Assembly: GCF_032444005.1 (NCBI RefSeq)
Contig: NC_091289.1
Span: forward strand, 9,114,001-9,178,000
Direction: 5' to 3'
DNA length: 64,000 nt
DNA from: Ranitomeya imitator
Taxonomy: Eukaryota
Position numbers and translations under genes: made by a program
Notes under the pieces: model-generated
The model's database searches: none
What the model was told of the DNA's origin: nothing
What the model saw: only the letters and a program-made list of their open reading frames with translations
Shown here: in pieces, positions 1 to 11,229 of the stretch
How positions within the stretch are numbered: the stretch's first letter is position 1
How the letters are laid out: each line of letters opens with the position of its first letter

Positions 1-13
1 AGTCCTGGAGGAA
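1..13 (+). CDS. IRAK2: Possible 3' end of an upstream IRAK2 exon (..VLEE), cut by the window edge
   Basis: gtc ctg gag gaa|gtaacc gives a phase-0 donor that fits the phase-0 exon at 851. Only 13 nt are visible. Confidence 0.35.
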
Positions 14-440
14 GTAACCGTCCCCCCCTCCTATATGGACGGATAAAGCCTTAATTATCTATAGGTGACACATGTATATAGCTACATACACATATACTGT
101 CATATATACATATTCTATACACAGCACCTCTCCTGTAGCCGATGATTATTCCATAGGTGATGGCAGCTCTACCCGTGTCTCTGTCACATCCCTGCGTCCT
201 TCCTGTTTCTTTCATCTCTGCTCTTCCCCCAGTCTCTGGAGTTACTGCCGCTTCATAGACTTTCCATTACAGGGTCGTGGCCCTTTCCTGAATTTCACTT
301 CCTAGAATTCTCAACATCTGGAGGCCTGGAAATATCTGCACTAGAAAGTTGTCCATATAAATAAATGTACCATTGTTTCACTCTTCACTACTAATATATA
401 AACTTTAATGATATACATATTATATATACATACATTATAC

Positions 441-825
441 TGTTACATCCTGTATTATACTCCAGAGCTGCACTCACTATTCTGCTGGTGGAGTCACTGT
501 GTACATATATTACATTACTGATCCTGAGTTACATCCTGTATTATACCCCAGAGCTGCACTCACTATTCTGCTGATGCAGTCACTGTGTACACACATTACA
601 TTACTGATCCTGAGTTACATCCTGTATTATACTCCAGAGCTGCACTCACTATTCTGCTGGTGCAGTCACTGTGTACATACATTACTGATCCGGAGTTACC
701 TCCTGTATTATACCCCAGAGCTGCACTCACTATTCTGCTGGTGCAGTCACTGTGTACATACATTACATTACTGATCCTGAGTTACATCCTGTATTATACC
801 CCAGAGCTGCGCTCACTATTCTGCT
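441..825 (-). repeat. 86-bp satellite, about 4.5 units, reverse orientation to the arrays at 37150 and 57962
   Basis: Tandem TCCAGAGCTGCACTCACTATTCTGCTGGTGCAGTCACTGTGTACATACATTACATTACTGATCCTGAGTTACATCCTGTATTATAC. Confidence 0.95.
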
Positions 826-850
826 TGTGGATCTTCTGTGTATTTTTCAG

Positions 851-957
851 GCTGGATCTGTCCTGGGCTGGGAGAGGCGGCTGGCTGTCGCTGTAGGTCT
901 GTTACATGGTGTCGGTCACTTGCACAATGCTGGGATTTTTCATGGTAATATTAAGAG
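851..957 (+). CDS. IRAK2: IRAK2 pseudokinase-domain exon (AGSVLGWERRLAVAVGLLHGVGHLHNAGIFHGNIK-S)
   Basis: tttttcag acceptor and ag|gtgaga donor. HGNIKS matches the IRAK2 catalytic loop (human HSNVKS), which lacks the HRD aspartate. Confidence 0.92.
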
Positions 958-1079
958 GTGAGACACTTGGGGGGAAATGAGCCCTTTAAGACATAGTTGC
1001 AACTCGCAATTGCTCAAAAATGTTGCAACTTCGGGAGGTTTTTTTCGAGCTCCAACACCTAGTATAACACATATGCAGC

Positions 1080-1195
1080 GGTGCCGGTGTGGTCCGTTCC
1101 CGCTGTGCCGGCGGTGGTCCGTTCCCCGCTGTGCCGGCGGTGGTCCGTTCCCCGCTGTGCCGGCGGTGGTCCATTCCCCGCTGTGCCGGCGATGA
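1080..1195. repeat. GC-rich tandem repeat of about 27 bp, about 4 copies
   Basis: Repeated ccgctgtgccggcggtggtccgttcc(c). Confidence 0.85.
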
Positions 1196-1634
1196 TCTCT
1201 CTGTATCCCGTCGCCGGTCGTTGGCCTCAGCTGCCGCACTGTCTTCTCACTTCTCTACCTGCAGGATATCGCCGTGCGCACATCCGCCGCTGACTCCGGA
1301 GGTTTCCACATTTTCACTTCTTACATCCTGCGCCTCCATTATTGCTTCCTCATTTTTGTTTCCTTTATGATTAACCCTTTCATGGTTAGGTATTGGAATC
1401 CCTGATGTCCGAGCCCCCTCCAATTAGATACCACCAGTGACTATGGCGCGCTGCACAGAATCCGCTTCACAACAGAATTGATGCCCTGCGGCTCCTTCAT
1501 TCCCGGGCACTGCCACCACTAACTCTGTAAACTGCTGGGAGTTGTAGTTCCAATAATGAGAAGGGGTCACATGCTGTGCGCTAATACAAGGTGATACATT
1601 CCTAGTTAACCCCTTGTTCTCTTCACTTTTTTAG

Positions 1635-1827
1635 CTCCAACGTCTTCCTGGACGAGGATTTCACTGCGCGGTTAGGCCACGCTGGGACGCGATTCCGTCC
1701 TGATCGATCGGCCAATTACACTAATGTGAAGACGCAGGAGCTGCAGAGGTTCCAGCCTTACCTGCCCGACGTGTACCTGCGGAGCGGCCAGCTGAGCGCA
1801 CAGACGGACATCTTCTCCTGCGGGATA
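1635..1827 (+). CDS. IRAK2: IRAK2 exon (SNVFLDEDFTARLGH...YLPDVYLRSGQLSAQTDIFSCGI)
   Basis: ttttttag acceptor and gtaagt donor. 193 nt, phase-consistent. Ends in DIFSCGI as human IRAK2 does. Confidence 0.95.
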
Positions 1828-2769
1828 GTAAGTGCCTATGCTGCTCTATGGCACAGGGGTCCTCCAGTGGTGGCCGAGGAGGCGAGGGAATAAAAAGTCC
1901 TGCACCCTTCCTATGTGCCTTGGGGCAGAGACTGGAGTCCAAAAAAAAAAAAGCAAAAATAGCAGTCGATCAATAAAATGTAAAACTTGTTTTCATCTGG
2001 TAAAATCATATCACAAAAATGGCACAATCCTCAGAGGACGAATCCCAGAGAAAAATACAGTCGAGGTTGACGCTTTTTGGAAGTGAAACCTCTTACGAAT
2101 TACCTAAGATCCAATGAGATCTCGGGGTATAAGGATCTCACAAGTGATCGCACCTCTACACATACGATGTACGGCCTCATTAATAATATCAATCTGTGTT
2201 GTGTAAAAGACGGAACAATCCGTCATAATAGAAACATTAGACATTCCGAGTATCTTATTCTGACTAGTGAAGGAGATGAAATCCGGCCATTTGTTTAATT
2301 CCCGAGGATACAAAGTATTTAGCCGGGTATCCAGGAGGTAAGAACCCCCTCAATGTGCTCCCCTCGGACTGAACAATTAACCTTTGGATCCCTAACCCCT
2401 TAATGATCGCCAATACGTCTTTTAACTGATCTGAGATATAAGGTGACAATCCAGCAGCTGTCGGCTGTCCACTATAGCTGACAACTTGCTGCCTCGGCCG
2501 CGATCAGTGTTGTCACCGTCCATATCTGTTTAACCCCTTAGATGCTGCTGTCAATAGTGACTGCATCATATAAATGGTTAACAGAGTATGGGGGGCTTCC
2601 TCTTTATCCCAGTCGGTGCCCTCAGCTCATGACTGTGGGGTCCTGATGTTTGCTCATGAACAAATAGCGGCCTTAGAGTCTCCCGGCTACAGTGGCCTGA
2701 TCCTTTAGTTGGTAAAAATACACTTGTTCATTCCTATCATGTCACTTTGCATTAATTCCTGAAAATAAT

Positions 2770-2851
2770 AATACTACGTGGTTGGGCAATATACTACGTG
2801 GACATGCATATTCTAGAATACCCCATGCGTTAGAATCGGGCCACCATCTAG
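2770..2851 (+). mobile_element. Helitron 3'-terminal fragment
   Basis: Nearly identical to 13290-13368: atactacgtgg units, a subterminal hairpin, then CTAG|T. Confidence 0.75.
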
Positions 2852-2899
2852 TAATAATAATAATAATAAAAAAATAATAAAAAATAACCTGAAGGGTTA

Positions 2900-3434
2900 C
2901 CTGACAGCAGTTTTCAATATGTCAAGGGGGGGGGGGGGGTGCTGTTTTTAAAATGGTATCAGTTTTGGGATTTTTTCCTATATATGGGACCCCTAAAGTC
3001 ATTTCAAACCTGGATAGGCCCCTAAAAAAATAATTTTATAAATTTCCTGGAAAAAAATGAAAAATTGCTGCTACATCTTTAAACCTCCTAAAATGCTAAC
3101 AAAATAAAAGAACATTTTACAAATGGTGCTGATGTAAAGCCGACATGTTGGAAATTATATTTATTAATGTTTTGCTATGGTATCACTATCTGGATTAAAG
3201 GGATAATCATCCAAAGTTTGAATATTGCTAATTTTTTTACATTCCTGTCAAATTTGTTATTTTTTTTTTATAAATAAACACAAAACATATCTATCTAAAT
3301 TTACCAGTATCATAAAGTATAATGTGTCACGAAAAAAACAATGTGAAAATCACTGGGATTTGTTGAAGCATTGCAGAGTTATTACCACATAAAGTGATAA
3401 TGATCAGATTTTTAAGATTAGGCTCCGTCACTAA
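2900..3434. mobile_element. Decayed AT-rich non-autonomous DNA-transposon remnant
   Basis: Non-coding. Ends in a terminus-like ggctccgtcactaa that is interrupted by the MITE at 3435. Family not resolvable by eye. Confidence 0.3.
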
Positions 3435-4662
3435 AGGTACCGTCACACATAACGATATCGTTGCTTTTTGTGACGTAGCAACAATATCGTTAAGGAAATC
3501 GTTATGTGTGACAGCGACCAACGATCAGGCCCCTGCTGGGAGATCGTTGGTCGCTGGGGAAAGTCCAGAACTTTATTTCGTCGCTGGACTCCTGCTGACA
3601 TCGCTGGATCGGCGTGTGTGACACCGATCCAGCGATGTCTTCACTGGTAACCAGGGTAAACATCGGGTAACTAAGCGCAGGGCCGCGCTTAGTAACCCGA
3701 TGTTTACCCTGGTTACCAGCGTAAACGTTAGGCCTCTTTCACACTTCAGTTGTTTGGCGTCAGTCTAAAACCGCCATATTCCTCAAATAACGGATCCGTC
3801 AATTTTTTTAGACGGATCCGTTATTTTCCCATAGACTTGCATTAGCGACGGATTGTGACGGATGGTCGTCCATTCCATCCGCCATGCGACGGATCCGTCG
3901 AAAATTGGCGGACGTTTTCTGAAAATAGACGGACATTGAAACGTTTTTTGTCAACGCCGAAATGGCGGATCGCGACGGATCCGTCGCGTCCGCCATTCCA
4001 TAGAATGGCCGCATATGGGCGACGGATCCGCCGCAACCGTTTTTTCGGCGGATCCATTGCCCCAATCCGTTTTTTCAATTGCGCATGCTCCAAAATGTAG
4101 ATACTTTTCCCAGACAACCCCCAAGTAACGGATCCGTCAAAAAACGGATCCGTTAGAACCGTTTTCTCAACAATTGTGACGGATCCGTCAATCCGTCACT
4201 ATGTCGGTAGTGAGTGACGCCAAACAACTGAAGTGTGAAAGAAGCCTTAAAAAAACAAACAAACACTACATACTTACCTTCAGCTGTCTGTCCCCGGCGC
4301 TCTGCTTCTCTGCACTCCTTCTGCATCCTGTGTCAGCGCCGGTCAACCGGAAAGCACAGCGGTGACGTCACCGCTCTGCTTTCTGTCTGACCGGCGCTGA
4401 CAGTGCAGAGGAGAGCACAGCGCCGGAGGACAGACAGCGGAAGGTAAGTATGTAGTTTTTAATGTTTACGCTGGTAACCAGGGTAAACATCGGGTTACTA
4501 AGCGCGGCCCTGCGCTTAGTAACCCGATGTTTACCCTGGTTACCGGGGACCTCGGCATCGTTGGTCGCTGGAGAGCTGTCTGTGTGGCAGCTCTCCAGCG
4601 ACGCTGCAGTGATCGACATCGTTGTCGGTATCGCTGCAGCGTCGCTTAGTGTGAAGGGGCCT
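3435..4662. mobile_element. PIF/Harbinger-like MITE (outer), same family as 46326-47082
   Basis: Imperfect TIRs aggtaccgtcacac / gtgtgaaggggcct with TAA/TTA flanks. Two internal palindromes of about 75 bp (ctggtaaccagggtaaacatcggg...). Confidence 0.85.
3731..4246. mobile_element. PIF/Harbinger-like MITE nested in the 3435-4662 element
   Basis: TIRs of about 30 bp (ggcctctttcacacttcagttgtttggcgtca / tgacgccaaacaactgaagtgtgaaagaagcc). TTA duplication at 3728-3730 and 4247-4249. Many internal gacggatccgtc palindromes. Confidence 0.92.
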
Positions 4663-5759
4663 TTAGGGCCTAAACAAACTGAAAGTTCCTCTGATCATCT
4701 TTGTGTTCTGTAAGAAAATGTCTGGAAACATTGTAAGGTTAATAGCCTTGGAGTTATTGAGCCTCTTCTTCCTCATTGATTCTTTGATGCAGATACTTTG
4801 GTGTGATGTAAACACTGGATACAATAGACCAAAACTTGCTGCTACAGTTGATGAATTGTTGAATTAAATGCTTTTTATCTAATGTGATTCCATTGTTTGT
4901 GTAATGTATTTACAGATTTGCATTCCTCAATGAGGCACATGTGGGGGTGAGTCGGGCTCTTTTATTATGCAATTCTCCTGTAATTAAGGCTGAGAAACAA
5001 GAGTCCTGGAAGGTTTGGAATTATTTATCTTAGAACTGTCAACAATTCCCGAACATTTGCTTGAGTTGACCATCATTATACAACATGGGGAAATATTTAT
5101 TAATGAATACGATGAATGGAAAACCTTGTAAATACGATGAAAAAGGAAAGAAAATTCATTTAATCGCATTAGATAAAGCATCTAATTAAACAATTCATCA
5201 ACTGTGGCAGCAAGTTCTGGTGTATTGTATCCAGTGCTTGGAGTAATGTAAAGGATATCGGCTGCACCACCGTAAATTGAGACACAGAATTTATAAAGGG
5301 TTTTTACACTGACTTTATTTGCCCATGTTCAATGGTTCCATCGGGGTTTACGTCCGGACCCCCCCTGCAAAACGGGATTTGGACATATGCGCCAACTATA
5401 GTGGTGCAGACAGAGCCAACGTGCGCCCTGATGGGAGGCAGACCTCCATCGGAGAAGACTATGCTTATGGTTTTGACTGGATGAAAATAAAAAGCTTTAT
5501 ATTTTATTAAAGTGTTGCATCAACTACTGTTTCTGGTTTGTTCTTGCTGTGGAATTTGGATCCTCTCTGGACAGGTGAACTGATTACTCCTCTTTCTGCA
5601 AAAATCTCCAAAAAACCAAGTGTATGGGATAGAATTGCACCAAACACATTAAAAGGGGGAATGATGGACGGTCCTAAAGCCAGAACAGAAAATCTGCTGT
5701 ATGACGATGTCGGACAATCAGGGATTTTGTTTAATACAATGTGTTATATGATCTTTCAG

Positions 5760-5822
5760 GTTTTAGCAGAACTCCTGACCGGACTGAAGCCCACCGACCA
5801 GGACCGAGACCCGTCGTATCTG
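5760..5822 (+). CDS. IRAK2: IRAK2 exon (VLAELLTGLKPTDQDRDPSYL)
   Basis: tctttcag acceptor and gtagga donor. 63 nt. Similar to human VLAEVLTGIPAMDNNRSPVYL. Confidence 0.93.
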
Positions 5823-5904
5823 GTAGGAACAGCCACATGCAGTTTTGCATTAATTCTGTCCTTTTTATGGATCCACCTAATACGTCGCCCTCTGTCCCCT
5901 CCAG

Positions 5905-6114
5905 AAAGATCTTATCCTGACGGAGGTGGAGCGGGTGAAATTAAAAGCAGAGTCCGACAGTCCCGGATCGGAGTCTGTGGACCTTCTCTGCGCAAAAGAA
6001 ATCAGCCAAAAATACACGGATCGAAGACTTGAGCGTTTGGGAAGAAGTTCTGCGATACATTGGGCTTCTGCCGTCTGCCTGTGTCTGACTAAGAAGAGAA
6101 CTTTATTATCAGAG
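5905..6114 (+). CDS. IRAK2: IRAK2 exon (KDLILTEVER...CAKEISQKYTD...ASAVCLCLTKKRTLLSE)
   Basis: Follows an 82-nt intron. cccctccag acceptor and gtgaca donor. 210 nt. Similar to human KDLLLSE...AKEICQKYL...AACLCL. Confidence 0.92.
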
Positions 6115-6416
6115 GTGACATTATAATATTATCCCGTACATTATAGTGTGTTACTATGTCTCTGAGGTTCTTCTTGTGAAGATCTGGTAATGCGGGGAAA
6201 AGAAACATGCACATTAGCTTCCCCCCAGAAGGAAGACATTTGTCTCTAGCATAGGTAAAAGCTAACTGCGCCCATTGCTTCTTCAATAGAGGTTTCTATC
6301 TGCTATGGAGGCACATGTCTACCTGCTTGCTGACTGTCTCCAGTGCCTTTATACAATTTACTTTTTTATACTCTAGATCATCTTTAACCCTTATATTTTC
6401 TTCTATTCCACAACAG

Positions 6417-6819
6417 GTCATAACAATGATGGAGAAGGCTCAGGAGACGTTCACGGCCTGTGCGAAGGAAGCGCAGGAGGACGACATGTCCAGTGTGAAT
6501 GTTCCAGAGGAGAGTGACGAGTCCTTGTCTGTAGGTTTCACCCATGGAGAAGCGGTGGAGCTGCCCAACAGGTCATCCAAAGCTGTCGGCTCCATGAGCA
6601 GCCAATCCGCACCGCCATGTTGCCCAGCACGAAATGACGTGTTCAAGAGGAGCCCGTGTGAACTGGACGAGTCTGGAAGCTTCGACTTGTACCCTGATGA
6701 CAGCTGGTACCGGAGCGAGCCATCGTCTGTACCGACCACAGCGTCCTCTGCGGGACATCAGGACAAATCGTGGACCCCAGAAAGGAACATATCCCAAAAA
6801 TTGGCAAATTCACCAACAG
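6417..6819 (+). CDS. IRAK2: IRAK2 exon, Ser/Pro-rich C-terminal region with TRAF6-binding-type motif PEESDE
   Basis: caacag acceptor and g|gtaaac donor. 403 nt open, inside ORF 6315-6935. Carries a PxExx(D/E) motif. Confidence 0.88.
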
Positions 6820-7039
6820 GTAAACTGAAAGTATCAGTCATAACACTATATGGAGAAAAGTATGTGCTCCCCTTCACATCCACCTCCTTTTACAGGGGCT
6901 TTTCTGACCTCCCTTCCTCCATCCATAGACATTAATATAGAGTCGCCTTCTGCGGATATAACTTCCCATAACTGTTCCCTCAACTCTGAAGCTACAATTG
7001 TCCCCAATGTTTTGTGCTGAAGATGAAGATTTCCCATCA

Positions 7040-7335
7040 CTGGAGCTGAGGGTCCAAGGCCGCCCCCTGATAACAGCCCATAGCATTATCCCCCTCCACC
7101 ATCTGTACAGGGGGCACAATGCAGTCCGGGGGTAACGTCCTCCTGGAGTCACCAAACCCAGACTCCTCCATCAGCCGCAGACAGAGGAGTGCGATCCGTC
7201 ACTGCACAGAACACGTCTCCTCCAGAGTCCAGTAGTGGCGGCTTTACACCACTCCATCCGACGCTCGGCATTGTGCTTGGTGATGTACGGCTGTGTGCAG
7301 CTGCTCGGCCGTTGAAACCCGTGCAGTGACGCACC
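7040..7335 (-). mobile_element. Tc1-like transposase fragment, frameshifted, in the last IRAK2 intron
   Basis: Minus frames give PYITKHNAERRMEWCKA, RRVLCSDGSH, GRVWVW and GIMLWA, which are Tc1 DD34E-domain motifs. Confidence 0.85.
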
Positions 7336-7425
7336 AGCAGACTGTGTATAACAAGTCTCCATAACGTCGTCCTATTTTATAGAATGCGTGTAACTGATCC
7401 TTCTTATTTTCTTCTCATTTTCCAG

Positions 7426-7538
7426 AAAGCAATGAGCCATCATGGGGAATTGAAGTGAATGAAGCCAAGCTGAAGATGATGGAGGAGATCGGACTGTACG
7501 AAGACGAGAGGGTGGACAGCTCCGTTCTGTTTGACTGA
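7426..7538 (+). CDS. IRAK2: IRAK2 last coding exon (ESNEPSWGIEVNEAKLKMMEEIGLYEDERVDSSVLFD*)
   Basis: tttccag acceptor. Matches the human C-terminus (IEINEAKRKLMENILLYKEEKVDSIELF). Stop TGA at 7536-7538. AATAAA at 7709 and 7779. Confidence 0.93.
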
Positions 7539-9624
7539 GTTCACGTTGTATTACACCAGCGGCGGCCCTTATAGGACTGAGCATACACCATTAACACTAC
7601 TACCTCCTGGGTACCGACTTCATCTACCTCTGCGGAGACTGCCTCAGTGTCTGCCATGTTCTGGCCCAGCATAGTCGGATACTCGTCCTACCCACATCGC
7701 ACAAGGACAATAAAGCATCATGGCCCCTTGTGTGCTTATGCCGGGGAGGAAGAAGCCGGAGCAAATTTAAAGGAGTTGAATAAAATGAGAAAAACATGTT
7801 GGCTTCGGGCGGCCATGTTTTTCTATATCCAAACAAAGGCCTCATTCATGTGTAAGGTTGTCCCATGTATGAGAAAAATGAATGAATTATTTTGATCAGA
7901 GTCAGCGTCCAGTGTCATCAGATTTTTTCTTTTGTGGAGGAGAAGAAAAAACTAAGTTTCTCCACCTTCTTCTTTCTGACAGTCCGTGAACATCAGACCT
8001 AATTCAGATGTCATCCAAGTGATGCCTGATTTTTTATTTTTTTTTTATGGTCCCATAGACTCGTATTGCTGATTTTGAGCCGACCCTCCGTGTCATAGAT
8101 GTAATGGAGAAAAAATCCATAAACTGTGTCTTAGTGGACGTGTCACCCTCATATTACCGACTGAGGAAAGGTTCATCATGAACTGAAGGAAACAAGATTC
8201 AGCACTCAGAAAACTCTCCATGTGCCCCCTCTGCAGCCAAGACCCCCGCTGTGGGATTATCTGATGAATCACAGACCGTGTATACATATATACCGGAGGA
8301 GCGACACTTTACAGAGTCCGTAATGTTTCCGGCTTTCCCAGGAACTTATATCGGACACTCTGGCACTGAAGTCCAGTTATGAACATTGGTTTTCTTTGTG
8401 ATATTTGTATATTCTATAGTTATGGGAGACATAACGTGATGACGTGTCGAATGTGACGTATTTATGTACATCACTGGGCGGCCTGCAGATCAGTCACAAA
8501 TTAATATTGGACAGATGAAAAACAATATAGACGTGCCTTGTTTCCTATCTATAGAAAGCTAACATCATGATGGGAAACATGGCATTACTATCTCCCGCCT
8601 GGGACCTCCAGGGGTAAAGATAGCCTAAAAATTAGGAATCACATAGGGGGGACCCTAGCCGCATCCCATAGACCTGCCCCTATAGGAGCCCACCAATGGG
8701 AGGCCTGTGGGCGTGGCTTTTACCTGATAAATACTGACTGGGAATGGTAGTCACTGTCAGTCTTGGAGGATCCGGTCCCTGTAGTTCTTCGCCATAAAGA
8801 CCTGAGCAGCTCCTGAGACCACAGGTTTGGACTTCTGTTATCCCTTTGTATTCCATGTGATTGTATACACTGCACTGTTTTGTCCCTTTGTGATATCTTT
8901 TGTATAGTGTTATAAACGCCGCCTGCTTTCCTCAGTTTTGGTAACTTACAAGCAATGAAAGGTCTTGTCATTCGGTGTTAGTGTCATTTATTCCCCTTCA
9001 TTTCCTAATTTTCTAACTTTTTTAATGATTGTAATGATCAACTTTATTGTTTGTAATTATTGGTTTTATACATTGTGTAAAATAAATAGAATTGTGCAGT
9101 TCATCACATCATCCATGTCGCCTCGAAGTCCTAGTAGAGCGTATGGGAACCAATTAAAGGGGTTGTCTAGTCATCCAGCTGAGTGATCAGTAAGGCCCCG
9201 GGCGCCAGTTCATGGTGGGATCGTGTCCAGGCCCTCACACGTCATAGACATCTATGGGACAATGGTACAAGTCACTAGGTGCTAAACACTTGTTTATTCT
9301 CATTAGGCCGTGTTCACACACTCAGTATTTTACATCAGTTATTGGAAGCCAAAACCAGGAGTGGAAACGTGTCATAGAAACCACTGATGTACAATACAGA
9401 CAGAATACTGAGCCTAAATGCCAAATCTGCACAATACCGGGAGTCGGCTGATAATGAGCCAGTGTAAACAATCCCTTTATTACCTGATCATGCATATGAA
9501 TGGAGGCGTCATTGGATGTTAGTGTCAACCTGAATGTGTGAACAAAGCCATGGTTCCAGTTATGACAGTCCCCATTGGGGGTAGATAGATAGATGCATAT
9601 ATATATGTATGTGTGTGTGTGTGT

Positions 9625-10410
9625 ATATAGTATATACCTGTGTGTCATCTCCTCCTGTATATAGTATATACCTGTGTCCTCTCCCCTGTATATAGTATAT
9701 ACCAGTGTGTCATCTCCTCCTGTATATAGTATATACCAGTGTCATCTCCTCCTGTATATAGTATATACCAGTGTTTCATCTCCTCCTGTATATAGTATAT
9801 ACCTGTGTCATCTCCTCCTGTATATAGTATATACCTGTGTCATCTCATCCTGTATATAGTATATACCTGTGTGTCATCTCCCCTGTGTATAGTATATATG
9901 TGTCATCTCCTCCTGAATATAGTATATACCAGTGTCCTCTCCTCCTGTATATAGTATATACCTGTGTGTCATCTCCTCGTGTATATAGTATATATCTGTG
10001 TGTTATCTCCTCGTGTATATAGTATATACCTGTGTCATCTCCCCTGTATATAGTATATACCTGTGTCATCTCCTCCTGTATATAGTATATACCTGTGTGT
10101 CATCTCCTCCTGTATATAGTATATACCTGTGTCATCTCCCCTGTATATAGTATGTACCTGTATGTCATCTCCTCGTGTATATAGTATATATCTGTGTGTC
10201 ATCTCCTCCTGTATATAGTATATACCTGTGTGTCATCTCTCCTGTATATAGTATATACCTGTGTGCCATCTCCCCTGTATATAGTATATACCTGTGTGTC
10301 ATCTCCTCGTGTATATAGTATATATCTGTGTGTCATCTCTCCTGTATATAGTATATACCTGTGTGCCATCTCCCCTGTATATAGTATATACCTGTGTGTC
10401 ATCTCCTTTT
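9625..10410. repeat. Minisatellite of about 32-34 bp (GTATATAGTATATACCTGTGTCATCTCCTCCT)
   Basis: About 23 tandem units, visible directly. Confidence 0.95.
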
Positions 10411-11227
10411 ATTTTTGAAGGATAATACCAGACTTGTGTGAGTTTCATGTGTCAAGTTGTGTGTGTTGAGTTGCGTGTGGCGACATGCATGTAGCGACTT
10501 TTGTGAGATGAGTTTTGTGTGGCAACATGCGTGTAGCAACTTTTTGTGTGTCGAGTTGCATGTGACAGGTTAGTGTAGCAAGTTGTGTGCAGCAAGTTTT
10601 GCGCGTGGCGAGTTTTATGTGGTGCGTTTTGAGTATGCAAGTTTTGTGTGAGGCAACTTTTGCAAGAGTTGCAACTTTTGTGCATGTGGCAATTTTTCTG
10701 CATGTGCAAGTTTTGCGTGTGGCGAGATTTGCATGTGGCGAGTTTTGCGCGGCGACTTTTGTGTTTCGACTTTTATGTGGCGAGGTTGGTGTATGTGTGG
10801 TGAAATGTGTGCTGAGGGTGATATATGTGTTCAAGCATGTGGTAGTGTGTGGCGCATTTTGTGTGTGTGTTCATATCCCCGTGTGTGGTGAGTATTCCAT
10901 GTCGGGGCCCCACCTTAGCAACTGTACGGTATATACTCTTTGGCGCCATCGCTCTCATTCTTTAAGTCCCCCTTGTTCACGTCTGGCAGCTGTCAATTTG
11001 CCTCCAACACTTTTCCTTTCACTTTTTCCCCATTATGTAGATAGGGGCAAAACTGTTTGGTGAATTGGAACACGCGGGGTTAAAATTTCGCCTCACAACG
11101 TAGCCTATGACGCTCTCGGGGTCCAGACGTGTGACTGTGCAAAATTTTGTGGCTGTAGCTGCGACGGTGCAGATGCCAATCCCAGACACACACACACACA
11201 CACACACACTCAGCTTTATCTATTAGA
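9625..11227 (-). mobile_element. Non-autonomous Helitron on the minus strand, probably 3'-truncated; lower boundary uncertain
   Basis: Minus strand begins A|TCTAATAGATAAAGCTGAG(TG)n, a Helitron-type TC 5' end. No CTAG/hairpin 3' end found. Including the minisatellite is an inference. Confidence 0.55.
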
Positions 11228-11229
11228 TA

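Noticed and set aside
8575-9130. CCAAT + GGGCGTGG + GATAAATA cluster suggesting an LTR or promoter
   Set aside because: No second LTR, TG..CA ends, PBS or TSD could be found. Too weak to call.
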